A DNA stretch of 64,000 nt from an uncultured virus (IMG/VR IMGVR_UViG_3300044833_000105) (IMGVR_UViG_3300044833_000105), one strand, 5' to 3'. Positions 1 through 9,694 are shown, counted from the stretch's first letter. The notes: a model not told the origin generated them from the letters alone. Numbers and translations: made by a program.

Positions 1-124
1 ATGGACGTTGTCGCCGAACCTTTTGCATGGAAGCATGAGGACCTGTTTAAACGCATTCACGCGGAGATTGAAGCATGACCCCCAACCCCAAGGCGCGGCT
101 GCTGGCCGTGGGAGAGGTCGGCTG

Positions 125-454
125 ATGCGTGCTAATATATCGGCCCTTCCCCAGCCACTAGCCCAGACGCAAGCCACCGAGCGCCACTTTACAGTCAAGG
201 AATTATCAGAAAAGTGGTCCCTTGGAGAAAGCACCATCCGCAAGATATTTATGGATGAGCCGGGCGTTCTGAAACACGGCCGTGACGGAATACGAGCGAA
301 GCGAAAACAGTACGTCACCCTGAGAATTCCCGAGTCCGTGATGTTGCGCGTCTACTTTGAGCACGTGAACCGAACCGGAGTTTCTTCGTCGCCTGATCAA
401 GCCGCGTCTGGAACGCGGCGACGAAGGGAGCGTAATGCCGTTCTGTCGTCGTGA
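125..454 (+). CDS. Excisionase-like winged-HTH protein
   Basis: ERHFTVKELSEKWSLGESTIRKIFMDEPGVL...YVTLRIPESV; convergent with and overlapping the integrase; ATG 125 preferred over TTG 8. Confidence 0.75.
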   Translation: MRANISALPQPLAQTQATERHFTVKELSEKWSLGESTIRKIFMDEPGVLKHGRDGIRAKRKQYVTLRIPESVMLRVYFEHVNRTGVSSSPDQAASGTRRRRERNAVLSS

Positions 455-1004
455 CCGAAGTATGGCCGAGCAGCAACTGCACGGTGCGGATGTGCTCTCC
501 ATTCTTCAGCAACTCGACGGCGAACGTATCCCTAAATCTTTGTGGGTGTCCTTCTATGTTCGCGATTCTCGTGAGGCACTCAATGGTACGGCGCGCGCTA
601 CCGATCGCGCTGGACAACTTGCCGCGACCGGACCAAAAGAAGTACGGGCTATCGGCCGGCAGTTTCTTCAATGCGTTGATGGCGTCCGCGTGCAGCCGAA
701 TGTAGAGCGGATGTCCAGTCTTCATCATTCGCACAAGCAGCTTGCCGTTTTTCATGTCCACGCGCTTGCGTTCCAGCTTCACGGCATCCGAGATTCTGAA
801 GCCAGAATAGAGCAACAGATACACCATCGCTCGCGCGCGCGGTTTGGCGCGAATCAGGGAATCGGTAAAGAAGTTTTTCATCTGATCCACGGCGGCAATT
901 AACGACCCTCTCTCTGGAGCGATAATTACCTTTGAACGAAGAAAGTCTTCGTATGACGGCTCTAGGATGTCGCGATAGGTTTCTTCTGATATTGAGGTTT
1001 TCAT
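315..1004 (-). pseudogene. Tyrosine integrase catalytic domain, N-terminally truncated and fused to a foreign N-terminus
   Basis: YSGFRISD, KTG, HPQRFRDT (HxxR His replaced by Gln), LLGH...TTERHY; only 229 aa with no core-binding domain. Confidence 0.8.
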
Positions 1005-1774
1005 GGTCCTACTTTCTTTAGTCGGGGCTCTTCAGGGCGCTCGTGGGCGGTTTGCGAGACTTCGCATTCGCCCTCCGTGGTTCTTTCGGTCAAACCCAAT
1101 TCAGCGTAGCGGTGAAGGAATTCCAGCGCGGCGCGTTGCGGATTCCATGGCCGGATAATTTCATCGAGTGGCGCTTCAGTGTCTTCCCACGGTTTCGGTT
1201 CGGCACACATGAGATCCCGCTTTTCGGTCATCAATAAAACTGTGTCCAGTTTGCCGACGATTTCCGGTTGTTCAGATGATAGTCCGAAGCGTTCGCAGAC
1301 TGCCTTCATAACGCGCGCCTCGGCTTCCATGTAAAGGCGTCCCATTTCTGAAAACCGTTTGAGTGGCCGGGGTAAATCTACAAGGTAAGCCTCGGATGCA
1401 TCGTGGAGTAATCCCCATGCGGCATGCTCGGGTGGGCAGGCGAGACTGACACGAACCGAATGTTCCGCCACGGAATAGAACTCCCGCACGTGGCCGGCCC
1501 TGCGCCATTCGCGGGAAAGTTTATCATACTCCGCGCGGAGTGCAATTGTATCTGTACCGCAGAGTGCGCATATACCCTTGTCGCGTTTCAGAACTGCACT
1601 GCGCATGATTGACGGGCTTGTTTTGTAGCTCCACTCCTCTGAGCATTTCTTGGAGCAGTTGTAAGTTCTTCCTTTGGGTAGTTCTTTCCGGCAGTTGAAG
1701 CATAGTTTTTCGCCGTTTGGTCCCAAGGGTCGTTTTTGGGAGTGGACGCCTGATGTCCGGCGAGTCGTACTCAT
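1001..1774 (-). CDS. Chimeric ORF: HNH-like Zn-finger N-terminus plus truncated HD phosphohydrolase (YfbR/YfdR-like)
   Basis: CFNC...CSKKC...VLKRDKGICALCG followed directly by AGHVREFYSVAEHSV...GLLHDASEAYLVD; ATGA overlap with upstream gene at 1771-1774. Confidence 0.7.
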   Translation of the reverse strand: MSTTRRTSGVHSQKRPLGPNGEKLCFNCRKELPKGRTYNCSKKCSEEWSYKTSPSIMRSAVLKRDKGICALCGTDTIALRAEYDKLSREWRRAGHVREFYSVAEHSVRVSLACPPEHAAWGLLHDASEAYLVDLPRPLKRFSEMGRLYMEAEARVMKAVCERFGLSSEQPEIVGKLDTVLLMTEKRDLMCAEPKPWEDTEAPLDEIIRPWNPQRAALEFLHRYAELGLTERTTEGECEVSQTAHERPEEPRLKKVGP

Positions 1775-2643
1775 GGGCGCTCCCCTTCTATTTTGCTGTA
1801 AATGATTGCCGGTCTTGCCCAGAGCCGTTGAAATCTGCGCCATTCTGGACTGGGGCGATAACGTTCGGCGCTGGGGGTTTCTGGGTCCCATAGCATTGCG
1901 TGGGGCGTGAAGCCAATTGCCAGCATTTCCTTTAGCCGTGTTTCTGCCGCCGCGAAAGTGTCTTTTGGAAAGCCGATTAGAACGTAGGTCCGCAGTCGAT
2001 GTGATCGCGCCGTGAATCCAGCGGCTATCATTCGATCCGCTGCGCTCTTCAGCGTTTCGAACGGGTCGCCCGGATCATAGGCAAAAAAACAATTGGGGCG
2101 CGGCTTCATGTCGGCTAACAATCCAACCTGATAGTCCTGTAGTGCGGCTGCTTCGAGTCCGCCAGTGAATTGTATTTGTCGGCGCTGTCGGGCAAGCATG
2201 GCGAATACCGCGCGGACATGGGTTTCGGGGCAGGCTAAAAGATTGTCGTCAAGAATGTTCCAGCCGTCATGGATTTGAATTGGCGTTGCTTGCGGCTGGC
2301 GTTTCCACACACTGCAAAACCAGCATCGACGCGGGCAGCCGCGGGAAGTAATCGTATACCCCTGCTTGATATACTTGCCGGGCGTGAATTCTAAGCCGAG
2401 ATCATCATAGGCCACGCCGCTAATTTTGACCGGCGCGACATGCTTCCAGTCTTCTGCAAGTTGTTCTGCTTTTGGTTTGTCGGCCTTGAAAGTGACGCTA
2501 ATATGAACCTCATCCGCTTCCGCGAAAAGGTTTGGCGGTCCGAAGTACGACAGCTCATCATCTGGAGTCGCGTTCGTTTTACGCGGGAAAACGCGTATCA
2601 GGCGCTTCGGCTCCGATTGACCTAGGATCGCAAAGGAGCTCAC
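1771..2643 (-). CDS. Radical SAM protein
   Basis: TSRGCPRRCWFCSV (CxxxCxxC), ILDDNLL, FTGG, YVLIGF. Confidence 0.85.
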   Translation of the reverse strand: MSSFAILGQSEPKRLIRVFPRKTNATPDDELSYFGPPNLFAEADEVHISVTFKADKPKAEQLAEDWKHVAPVKISGVAYDDLGLEFTPGKYIKQGYTITSRGCPRRCWFCSVWKRQPQATPIQIHDGWNILDDNLLACPETHVRAVFAMLARQRRQIQFTGGLEAAALQDYQVGLLADMKPRPNCFFAYDPGDPFETLKSAADRMIAAGFTARSHRLRTYVLIGFPKDTFAAAETRLKEMLAIGFTPHAMLWDPETPSAERYRPSPEWRRFQRLWARPAIIYSKIEGERP

Positions 2644-2993
2644 AGCAGAGCCTCATTTGCGCCAAACTGTAACCTAACTCTCAGAAACGCACTAATAGAA
2701 GTTTGGTACTTGACATGGTTACGGGTTGTGATAATCTGGAGGAGCATCTGATCGCCTGATTGGTGCGCCGTTGTGGTAGACGGATCTGAAATGGTGGCTC
2801 CCGGATTGGTCCTCTTGGGAGCCACAAGTTTTTTACGGCACAAAATTCCCTTCACAAGAATTGTTCCCAGGCACACCAGTAAGATTGTCAGGTGAGGTCA
2901 TGGGCACAAATCAGCATACCCGAAAAATTCGTAGTTGAAAAGACACTTTTCGTACTACTCTGGTTTTTCAGGTGAAATAGTACCTTCGTTCTA

Positions 2994-3022
2994 TTGGCTT
3001 CGTCTGTTGTTCGCCCTATGAT
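2994..3022 (+). promoter_or_regulatory. Sigma70-type promoter, leaderless
   Basis: TTGGCT-17 bp-TATGAT, 6 nt before ATG 3029, no SD. Confidence 0.6.
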
Positions 3023-3028
3023 GTTTTC

Positions 3029-3196
3029 ATGTTCAACCAGATGGAATATCACGTTGGAATGGCAATTGCGAACACGGCTCTGACTGAAATCGAGTACCTT
3101 TGTGAAGCACGGCGCGAATTCGGGCCAGACTTTGAGCGAAAGATTGCAAATGAGCTAGAGCACTTCGACGGTGGGCTTCAGAGGGCCTTCCAATGA
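3029..3196 (+). CDS. Hypothetical protein (55 aa, not in ORF track)
   Basis: MFNQMEYHVG...LQRAFQ; stop overlaps next ATG (ATGA). Confidence 0.55.
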   Translation: MFNQMEYHVGMAIANTALTEIEYLCEARREFGPDFERKIANELEHFDGGLQRAFQ

Positions 3197-3573
3197 GCGA
3201 CCATCCGCGCGTTCACAAGACGAACATGGCGTACTGCGAAATCGAAAGGTTGCTTCTAGATTACCTGCGCGTAAACGATCTCCGGGAAGCCGAAGTGTGC
3301 TGGATACTCAGTCAACTGGCAATGCGCTGGAGTCTCGACGCATTAAAAGCCAGCCGCGAATTCGAAGCCGACGTGAGCGACGTGCTGCAAGGGCGACCGC
3401 TACGCCCGAATTGGAGTATGCCTGAAGTTTACGACAATGCCGCCGAAGTTTACGCTAGGAAGGAACAGCTTATTAGGTTCGGTGCCAGTGAAGCCGAGAT
3501 TGCATTTGGGGAACTGAAGCCAGAGAATTACGCCGCACCCGTGCGGGATGCGGACGGGGAAAGCCAGAAATGA
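3193..3573 (+). CDS. Hypothetical protein
   Basis: Coupled ORF in rightward string. Confidence 0.6.
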   Translation: MSDHPRVHKTNMAYCEIERLLLDYLRVNDLREAEVCWILSQLAMRWSLDALKASREFEADVSDVLQGRPLRPNWSMPEVYDNAAEVYARKEQLIRFGASEAEIAFGELKPENYAAPVRDADGESQK

Positions 3574-3712
3574 AGTGGTCCGGTTGTGGTTCGGTAGTAC
3601 GGATTTGCTGCGCTGATCCGCTCGGGTAAACTTAGCCCGTTCTGCTCTGGAAAGTGGAAGCTGGATGTAGCGGAGCGCTGGATGCGCTCCATCGTAACGA
3701 GGTAGGAAGAAG

Positions 3713-4132
3713 ATGAGTGACATAGTTCTATCGTTAGGATTCTCGGTGTCCACGTGCAGCGTGTGCGGAATTAGTTATGCGATGCCAGTTGATTTTGAGC
3801 GGGCTCGCAGAATAGATAAGTGTACGTTCTATTGCCCCAGCGGACACCCGCAGGCGTACATTATCAGCGAGGCGGATAAACTGCGCCTTCAACTCGCAGA
3901 CAAAATCCGGCTAGTGGATCAGGCTCACGCCCGCGAACGTGATATGGCAGAGCGCCTATTAAAAGCTGAGCGCGCCAAGAAGCGCCTGGAGAAGCGCGTG
4001 GCGGCGGGCATATGCCCGTTCCCTGGATGCAAGCGCCACTTCACTAACTTTCAGCGACACGTCGAAACCGAGCACCACGGGCAAGTGCTTGCGGCACTAC
4101 ATGGGGTTACGGAACAGAAGCTGCTGCAATGA
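3713..4132 (+). CDS. Zn-finger/coiled-coil phage protein
   Basis: CSVCG...FYCPSGH, coiled coil, CPFPGCKRHF...HVETEH (C2H2-like). Confidence 0.7.
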   Translation: MSDIVLSLGFSVSTCSVCGISYAMPVDFERARRIDKCTFYCPSGHPQAYIISEADKLRLQLADKIRLVDQAHARERDMAERLLKAERAKKRLEKRVAAGICPFPGCKRHFTNFQRHVETEHHGQVLAALHGVTEQKLLQ

Positions 4133-4473
4133 CCACCCAACTCAGCCGCTCGCAACGCGCCGCCGACGTGGTAACCGAATTCTGTGGATCGTGGACGTTC
4201 ATATCAGCTTTCAGCGCGATCACTTTCGGGTGGATGTGCCTAAACACCGTTTTTGTTTTGGCGGGAGTGTTTGACCCCTATCCATTCATCCTTCTGAACC
4301 TGTTCCTGACGGTGGTGAGTACGTTCCAGAGTCCGCTTATTATGATGTCTCAGAACCGCCAAATGGAGCGTGACCGCGAAGCCGTTCAAGGGCTGCACGC
4401 GAAGCTGGATGAGATGAAGGCGCTACTGGAAAGCGAGAAATCGCTGATCGGTAACATCGGACCCGACGATTGA
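4129..4473 (+). CDS. DUF1003-family membrane protein
   Basis: GSWTFI...FDPYPFILLNLFL...QSPLIMMSQNRQ.ERDR signature. Confidence 0.85.
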   Translation: MTTQLSRSQRAADVVTEFCGSWTFISAFSAITFGWMCLNTVFVLAGVFDPYPFILLNLFLTVVSTFQSPLIMMSQNRQMERDREAVQGLHAKLDEMKALLESEKSLIGNIGPDD

Positions 4474-4485
4474 TGGAGGAATAAT

Positions 4486-4932
4486 ATGAGCGTACAAGCT
4501 AGTGAAGCGGATATTGAATTCTGGCTGCCGACAACTAGGGGACGCCTAGCAGAAAGCGGTTTCTTGACCTCGAAGCAACTGACTAGCATGCTCGGAGTTT
4601 CAAATAGAAAGCTCCAGTGGTGGCATGAATCAAAGGTAGTTGTGCCACGCGTGGAGTCCCATCTTCGGCTATATGATCAAGAAGACGCGTTGATCGTCGC
4701 CGCTATTTCTCAACTAAATGCGCAGTCCGTGAGCCTCAAAGCTATACGTCGATTTCTTCGGCCACTAAAAAAGGCACTAGCCCAACGGCCGCTCCCGGAA
4801 TATCTCGTTGTCGGCGACAAAGATGTTGTTCCTTGCACAGAAGAGAAAGTTGCCAGCGTTGCTTCTGCAATTGGGAAAGTCCGGGTTATTTCTGTCGGGT
4901 CACTAGTGAAGAAGTTGAAAAAGGAAGATTAA
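4486..4932 (+). CDS. MerR-like HTH regulator
   Basis: LTSKQLTSMLGVSNRKLQWW...RLYDQED...VSLKAIR; SD GGAGG. Confidence 0.7.
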   Translation: MSVQASEADIEFWLPTTRGRLAESGFLTSKQLTSMLGVSNRKLQWWHESKVVVPRVESHLRLYDQEDALIVAAISQLNAQSVSLKAIRRFLRPLKKALAQRPLPEYLVVGDKDVVPCTEEKVASVASAIGKVRVISVGSLVKKLKKED

Positions 4933-5114
4933 ACAGCGCGAACTCGCCGAACCTGCCAATAAATTATATGCGGTGGCCGCGCTGGCTTCGTCGCGGAAAC
5001 AAAAACCTTGACTTTGTTTTGGATATTGTGTGATCGTTATAAGCGACAGCGTAACGCAATCAAGACGAGGCGGTACGTCCGCCACTCCCCGCCACTAGGC
5101 TCCAAAAGAGTGCG

Positions 5115-5576
5115 TTGAGGCGGCTAATCGAGATCGAGAAGACGCTACAATTGCCTTCCAACAAACCACATTCCATAAAAGTGCTCAATCCGGTCTCGGG
5201 AGCACACAACTTCATGAGCCCGGGCCGGGCACGCGGAATGGTGAATCGTGGTCGGGCGTGCTGGGCGGATGCCTCGCGTATGGCGATACTATTGACGGCT
5301 GATCATCGGGAGACGCGCAAGACTATGCTTGTAGCGCTGTCGATGCAAAAGGCGATTCTCCGGGAACGCGAGAAGGTTCGCGAGGCCGCAAGGTTATCTG
5401 GTGGCGGCTACGACGGCATCAAGCGCGTTCTCGGCTACGAAGACCTTGCTGGGCTGCCGGTGGTAAAACCCTACGAATTGATGGCGCCGCGCGGCCGTAT
5501 GCCCCAGCGAACGCATCGCGGCATGAGCGTGGCGGCTGTAAATCAAGTTCCGTGTCACCCAATCCGGCACAATTAG
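5115..5576 (+). CDS. Hypothetical protein (start uncertain)
   Basis: ORF only. Confidence 0.5.
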   Translation: MRRLIEIEKTLQLPSNKPHSIKVLNPVSGAHNFMSPGRARGMVNRGRACWADASRMAILLTADHRETRKTMLVALSMQKAILREREKVREAARLSGGGYDGIKRVLGYEDLAGLPVVKPYELMAPRGRMPQRTHRGMSVAAVNQVPCHPIRHN

Positions 5577-5757
5577 GCCTTGGCCCCAACCAGGACGCAG
5601 CAGGCCCGCGCCAGACGCTGCGCCGCTCGTATGAACTCCGCCACGAACGCAGGCCCACCATAGAGCGCTCAGCCTCCGACGATACCAACAGGTCGCGAGC
5701 GGTAGACGATGCGCTGGCGAGGCTGCGGACGCCGAAGGCGATGGCGGCGAGAGCGTA

Positions 5758-6063
5758 ATGTGGTTCCGCAAATCCAATCTTGAAGCGCAGATACTGCGCG
5801 AGTTACAAGCAATCAAACAAAACCAAGGAGCAATCATGGCAAACATCGACAAACTTATCGCGGACGTGGCCAAGTTTCAGGCCGACGTTACTGCGGCACT
5901 GAAACGCGCACAGGCGAGCATGGACGCCCTCCAAGCGTCTCTGGCGTCCGCCGGGCTCACCACGGCTCAGCAAGCGGCTGTGGACAAGCTGGACACCGAT
6001 ATCAACGCGGCTGACGCGACGGTTACCGGGTTCGACGTACCGCCGCCCACTCCCGCGCCGTAG
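5758..6063 (+). CDS. Ala-rich coiled-coil hypothetical protein
   Basis: Helical ORF; internal SD AAGGAG before MANIDK suggests a second start. Confidence 0.6.
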   Translation: MWFRKSNLEAQILRELQAIKQNQGAIMANIDKLIADVAKFQADVTAALKRAQASMDALQASLASAGLTTAQQAAVDKLDTDINAADATVTGFDVPPPTPAP

Positions 6064-6179
6064 TTTATCGCTCTTGGGCCGGTGATGTCGTTCATCCATA
6101 GCGACTCCTACACCCCAAGCTTGGACCCGAGCCAATGCTTCACCGGATAGGCGATGACGCTCCGCTAAAACCATGACCG

Positions 6180-6554
6180 ATGCCCGATATCAAGAGCAAC
6201 GACGAGTGGACAATAGCCACCCTCAAAGAGCTGATATTGAGGCTCATGGAAGAGCAGGACAAGCGCAACGGTCAGCGATTCGACGCGCAGGAATCGGCGA
6301 ACACGCTAGCGCTAAATGCCGCTAAAGAAGCGGTAACGAAGGCCGAAACAGCCAACGAGAAGCGCTTCGATAACACCAACGAGTGGCGTCAGGCGATGAA
6401 TGATCGCGATGCGCGGCTGATTCCCAGGGCGGAAGCGGACATCAAGTTCGATTCAGTATCGAAAGACATAAAGGGACTGGCGAGGTTGGTTTACACCGGC
6501 CTTGGAATCGTGATTCTGGCGGCTGCCGCGATTGGATGGATGGCGAAGCACTGA
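6180..6554 (+). CDS. Coiled-coil protein with C-terminal TM segment (lysis/holin-associated candidate)
   Basis: EAVTKAETANEKRF..NEWRQAM; C-terminal LVYTGLGIVILAAAAIGW; directly before endolysin. Confidence 0.65.
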   Translation: MPDIKSNDEWTIATLKELILRLMEEQDKRNGQRFDAQESANTLALNAAKEAVTKAETANEKRFDNTNEWRQAMNDRDARLIPRAEADIKFDSVSKDIKGLARLVYTGLGIVILAAAAIGWMAKH

Positions 6555-7033
6555 TGAACGGCGTGCTTACACCTCAACAAATAGCCTTCCTGAAACTAGC
6601 GGCTGACGCGGCAGTGAAGGCGGGAACGATCCCGCCAGAACTAACCTTGCCTCAAGCTATTTTAGAAAGTGGATGGGGGCAACATTGCCCGGGCCAAAAT
6701 TGCTTCGGAATTAAATCTCGTCCAGGCGAACCCTACACGCGCAAGATGACGACCGAGTTTATCCACGGGCAAGAGGTTCATCTGGAGCAGGATTTCGAAT
6801 CGTTCGCCACTCTGGCCGATGCCTTCGCGCGCCACAATCAGCTAATTAAGAACGCGGCTCCGTATCACGCGGCTATCGAGCAGTATCAGGCTGACGGAGA
6901 TATCCCGGCACTTATTCGCGGGGTGGCTGTGCACTACGCGACCGATCCGAATTACGCGGATAAGATTCTCGCGTTGAGCCAGCGGCCGGACGTGGTGGAC
7001 GCCATCGCCAAGGCGCGAGCGGAGGCGCTGTGA
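6554..7033 (+). CDS. Endolysin, glucosaminidase (GH73/FlgJ-like)
   Basis: QAILESGWG, NCFGIK, TTEF, YATDPNYADK. Confidence 0.9.
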   Translation: MNGVLTPQQIAFLKLAADAAVKAGTIPPELTLPQAILESGWGQHCPGQNCFGIKSRPGEPYTRKMTTEFIHGQEVHLEQDFESFATLADAFARHNQLIKNAAPYHAAIEQYQADGDIPALIRGVAVHYATDPNYADKILALSQRPDVVDAIAKARAEAL

Positions 7034-7163
7034 GGGATAAATGAGCACTGCGTTGCTCCGGCTCCTGGAAGGGCGGCTGCATTGGATGCGGCTACGAATT
7101 GCTTCCTGACGAAACCGCATTACAATCGCTTCGCCGTATGGAACTAGAGCGTAAATTCTAACC

Positions 7164-7274
7164 ATGAACGCGCCCCTGGACTTCGCCGCAATCGACGTTG
7201 CGTTTATCGCCGTGGAGCTGGGCCTCGCGATTCTCGCGGCTCAGGTGCTGTGGATGATTTTGGAAGAGAGGTAA
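7164..7274 (+). CDS. Small single-TM peptide
   Basis: MNAPLDFAAIDVAFIAVELGLAILAAQVLWMILEER. Confidence 0.45.
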   Translation: MNAPLDFAAIDVAFIAVELGLAILAAQVLWMILEER

Positions 7275-7278
7275 CAAC

Positions 7279-7443
7279 ATGACAATCTGGCTTTCTGCAC
7301 TCGTAGCACTGATCGGCGTTTTGATGTACGCGCTCGCAGCTAATCCCAAGCTGCAAGAAATTGGCCGCATATCGTATTTCGCTGGCCTTCTTGTGTTTCT
7401 GCTGCAAGCCGACAAACTGATCGCGCTGATCGGCAAAGGATAA
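7279..7443 (+). CDS. Small two-TM protein, holin candidate
   Basis: MTIWLSALVALIGVLMYALAANPKLQEIGRISYFAGLLVFLL...; SD GAGG; lysis cassette context. Confidence 0.6.
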   Translation: MTIWLSALVALIGVLMYALAANPKLQEIGRISYFAGLLVFLLQADKLIALIGKG

Positions 7444-7445
7444 CC

Positions 7446-7745
7446 ATGAATACCTTCTGGCTTTACTTCTCATTCGTGGCCGAAATCAACATGACCGTGC
7501 AGCAGGTACAAATCCTGATCCGCACGCACCAGCGGCTTAGCGGCCCGCAACTGGAGATGGCGGCCTCCCCAATGATCATGGGCCTGAGCCAGCTATTCCC
7601 CACGTGGAGCATTCCCAGTGAGTTGATACGCGATGTGGCTGCGGCCTTAGCAAACGCCATAAATCGCTACGTTCTAAGGCTGCCAACGCCAGCCACGAGC
7701 TCCGACCTAACAATGGTTCCGACGCCACCCCTCACCGCTAAATGA
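7446..7745 (+). CDS. Hypothetical protein
   Basis: SD AAGGA; coupled to next gene. Confidence 0.55.
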   Translation: MNTFWLYFSFVAEINMTVQQVQILIRTHQRLSGPQLEMAASPMIMGLSQLFPTWSIPSELIRDVAAALANAINRYVLRLPTPATSSDLTMVPTPPLTAK

Positions 7746-8338
7746 AGCTCGCCGCACTACTTGATTACGTCAGGAGCACAACTATATTTGCTTTGTTTTC
7801 AGCATCGCTGCTTTCCGCCCAGATACACGTTTCCTTCAGTCAACAGGGCGCGGAAACGCTGCGCACAATCTCCGGCGGGCTCATCAAATCGGTGGGCGTG
7901 GCGAGCGTGAACGCGTGCAACCAGAGCGCTACCGACCAGGTGAGGAACGCGGCGCTGATCTACGACGCGGCGCGGGCGCTCAAGATTTCGACGGTCTCGC
8001 CGCTGCTGGCCGGGCCGATACTCGACCGGGCGAAGGCGAGGAGTAAAGTGCAGGTGGTGGAGGACGTGGGCGGCATCCTGTTGGGCGGAGTCGGCATACT
8101 GGGCGGTACACACGTGATCCGCAACATGCCGACGGGCGCATCGACTGCCCTTACTCTGGCGCCGCTGGCAATCGGGCTGCTTGACCAGTTCATCGCCAAG
8201 CGCAAACCGCATGACGACGTGGTACGGGCGAACATGCTGCAAGGGCAGATTGGCATCCGTGCGCATGACTGCGAGGAGCGATTTTTTCTATTTTTGTACC
8301 ACGGCAATTGGGAACCGGTCGAAGCGATGATTCAGTAG
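7742..8338 (+). CDS. Putative exported protein
   Basis: N-terminal hydrophobic IFALFSASLLSA-Q; two Cys. Confidence 0.55.
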   Translation: MKLAALLDYVRSTTIFALFSASLLSAQIHVSFSQQGAETLRTISGGLIKSVGVASVNACNQSATDQVRNAALIYDAARALKISTVSPLLAGPILDRAKARSKVQVVEDVGGILLGGVGILGGTHVIRNMPTGASTALTLAPLAIGLLDQFIAKRKPHDDVVRANMLQGQIGIRAHDCEERFFLFLYHGNWEPVEAMIQ

Positions 8339-8340
8339 GG

Positions 8341-8517
8341 TCACTGGATTCCGTGATCAAGTCCAAGGGCTTTGCGCACCGTGATTCGTTCGCTCGATTT
8401 GCACTCAGGGCAGATGGGGCCGGAGGGCCAGAGTCGGCCCTCCAAGTAGGTTCGCGCTGTTTCCTCGTCCGGGAAAAGCGCAAACAATTCAAACGTGCTG
8501 ATTGTGCTCTTACTCAT
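8341..8517 (-). pseudogene. IS1595-family transposase N-terminal fragment
   Basis: MSKSTISTFELFALFPDEETARTYLEGRLWPSGPICPECK, ending at 58 aa with no DDE domain. Confidence 0.8.
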
Positions 8518-8943
8518 CTAGATCTCCACCGCAGGTAGATCCGCTATGCACTCCTGGCCGAGGCGAAGAAACACGTCGCCAGGTAGATTCTCGGCATTTA
8601 CGCGCTCGGCATTTACGCGCTCGGCCATGTCGCGGCTAACGCGCGAAATAGTCTCGACCAAATCTCCATCAGCAGCTACCAATTCGCCGCCTCGCACGCT
8701 CGCTCCGCGCTCGCCCTGGAAGAGCGTCGAGTAATCGTAGATCGCATAGACAATGGCTCGGCCATCGGCGTGCTGGCGTACTTTCACCCGCCAGTCGTCC
8801 TCTCGATTAGCCTGGTTGCCAATCTGCGTCCCATGGTCATCATTGTCGGTTGCATCCGCGATCACGGGCCAATCGTCTTTCTTGATTTTCACTGGAGGTC
8901 TGCCGGTCAAGGTAATTGTCAGGTACGGTTTTTCGTTTGCCAT
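8518..8943 (-). CDS. Hypothetical protein
   Basis: SD AAAGGA; abuts transposase fragment. Confidence 0.7.
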   Translation of the reverse strand: MANEKPYLTITLTGRPPVKIKKDDWPVIADATDNDDHGTQIGNQANREDDWRVKVRQHADGRAIVYAIYDYSTLFQGERGASVRGGELVAADGDLVETISRVSRDMAERVNAERVNAENLPGDVFLRLGQECIADLPAVEI

Positions 8944-9158
8944 TTTGGTTTCCTTTTCTGCTCGGTAAAGCCGCCGAGCGCCGGGCTGCTTAAGTTAAGT
9001 ACGGGGCCACGATCAATCGTCGTCGCCCAAAATAAACGCACCGCTGCGGTCGTAGTAACTCGCTCCGCCGTGAGCGTTTCCGCCGCCGTCCACGCAATTA
9101 AGGCAGAGGCGATAATACTGGCCCGCACGGCACCCGTGGCCGGTTCCCGCGTTATTGG

Positions 9159-9449
9159 TTAGGCTTGCGAGTCATCCCAGCGAAACGATGGCTCATGCCT
9201 CAGGGCCTCATCAAGGCTTGAGTAACAGCGCGGCTTGGAGCCTTCTCCAGCAAGCAGTACCGGAATTCCATGGCTGCTTGCCGCGTGGTTTGTGTCCCAG
9301 CGCACCCATGGACAGTTGCCACAGGCACACATCGGCGAATGCGATAGGGCTAGTTCTGGACACTCTGCAATTTGCTCCTCTTCGTAGGGAATGAATTTGT
9401 AATCCTGCGGAATGTATCTCGCATCTGTTCTGGTCTGCTTGTTTTCCAT
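9159..9449 (-). CDS. Hypothetical protein
   Basis: SD AAAGGAG; WVRWDTNHAASSHGIPVL. Confidence 0.65.
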   Translation of the reverse strand: MENKQTRTDARYIPQDYKFIPYEEEQIAECPELALSHSPMCACGNCPWVRWDTNHAASSHGIPVLLAGEGSKPRCYSSLDEALRHEPSFRWDDSQA

Positions 9450-9478
9450 GATTTCTCCTTTTCGGTTATTGGTCAGGG

Positions 9479-9694
9479 CTACTTATTCGAGTAGCACCAA
9501 GTTTTCATATTTTGGCTATATCTCAAGCGTCCATTCGGCATCTTGTGGAACAGGCGCAAGCATCCGAGCTCAGAACCGAATGCGTAAACCGGCGAGTCCA
9601 GGTCAGAGCATTCTATGCGCATCGGCTCACCGGCAATTCCCGACCATTCCTCCATTACACGGAGTTCTTGGCTTGGCGTTATCTTGGTGATCAT
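9479..9694 (-). CDS. Hypothetical protein
   Basis: SD GGAG before MITKITPSQ; YAFGSELGCLRLF. Confidence 0.6.
   Translation of the reverse strand: MITKITPSQELRVMEEWSGIAGEPMRIECSDLDSPVYAFGSELGCLRLFHKMPNGRLRYSQNMKTWCYSNK

Noticed and set aside
2640..2901. ORF upstream of the radical SAM gene
   Set aside because: Frames interrupted by stops and no recognisable motif; probably decayed and not callable
6063..6160. Possible structured RNA (ATCGCT/GGCGAT and CCGGTGA/TCACCGG stems)
   Set aside because: Stems are short with a large unpaired interior; cannot distinguish from chance by eye
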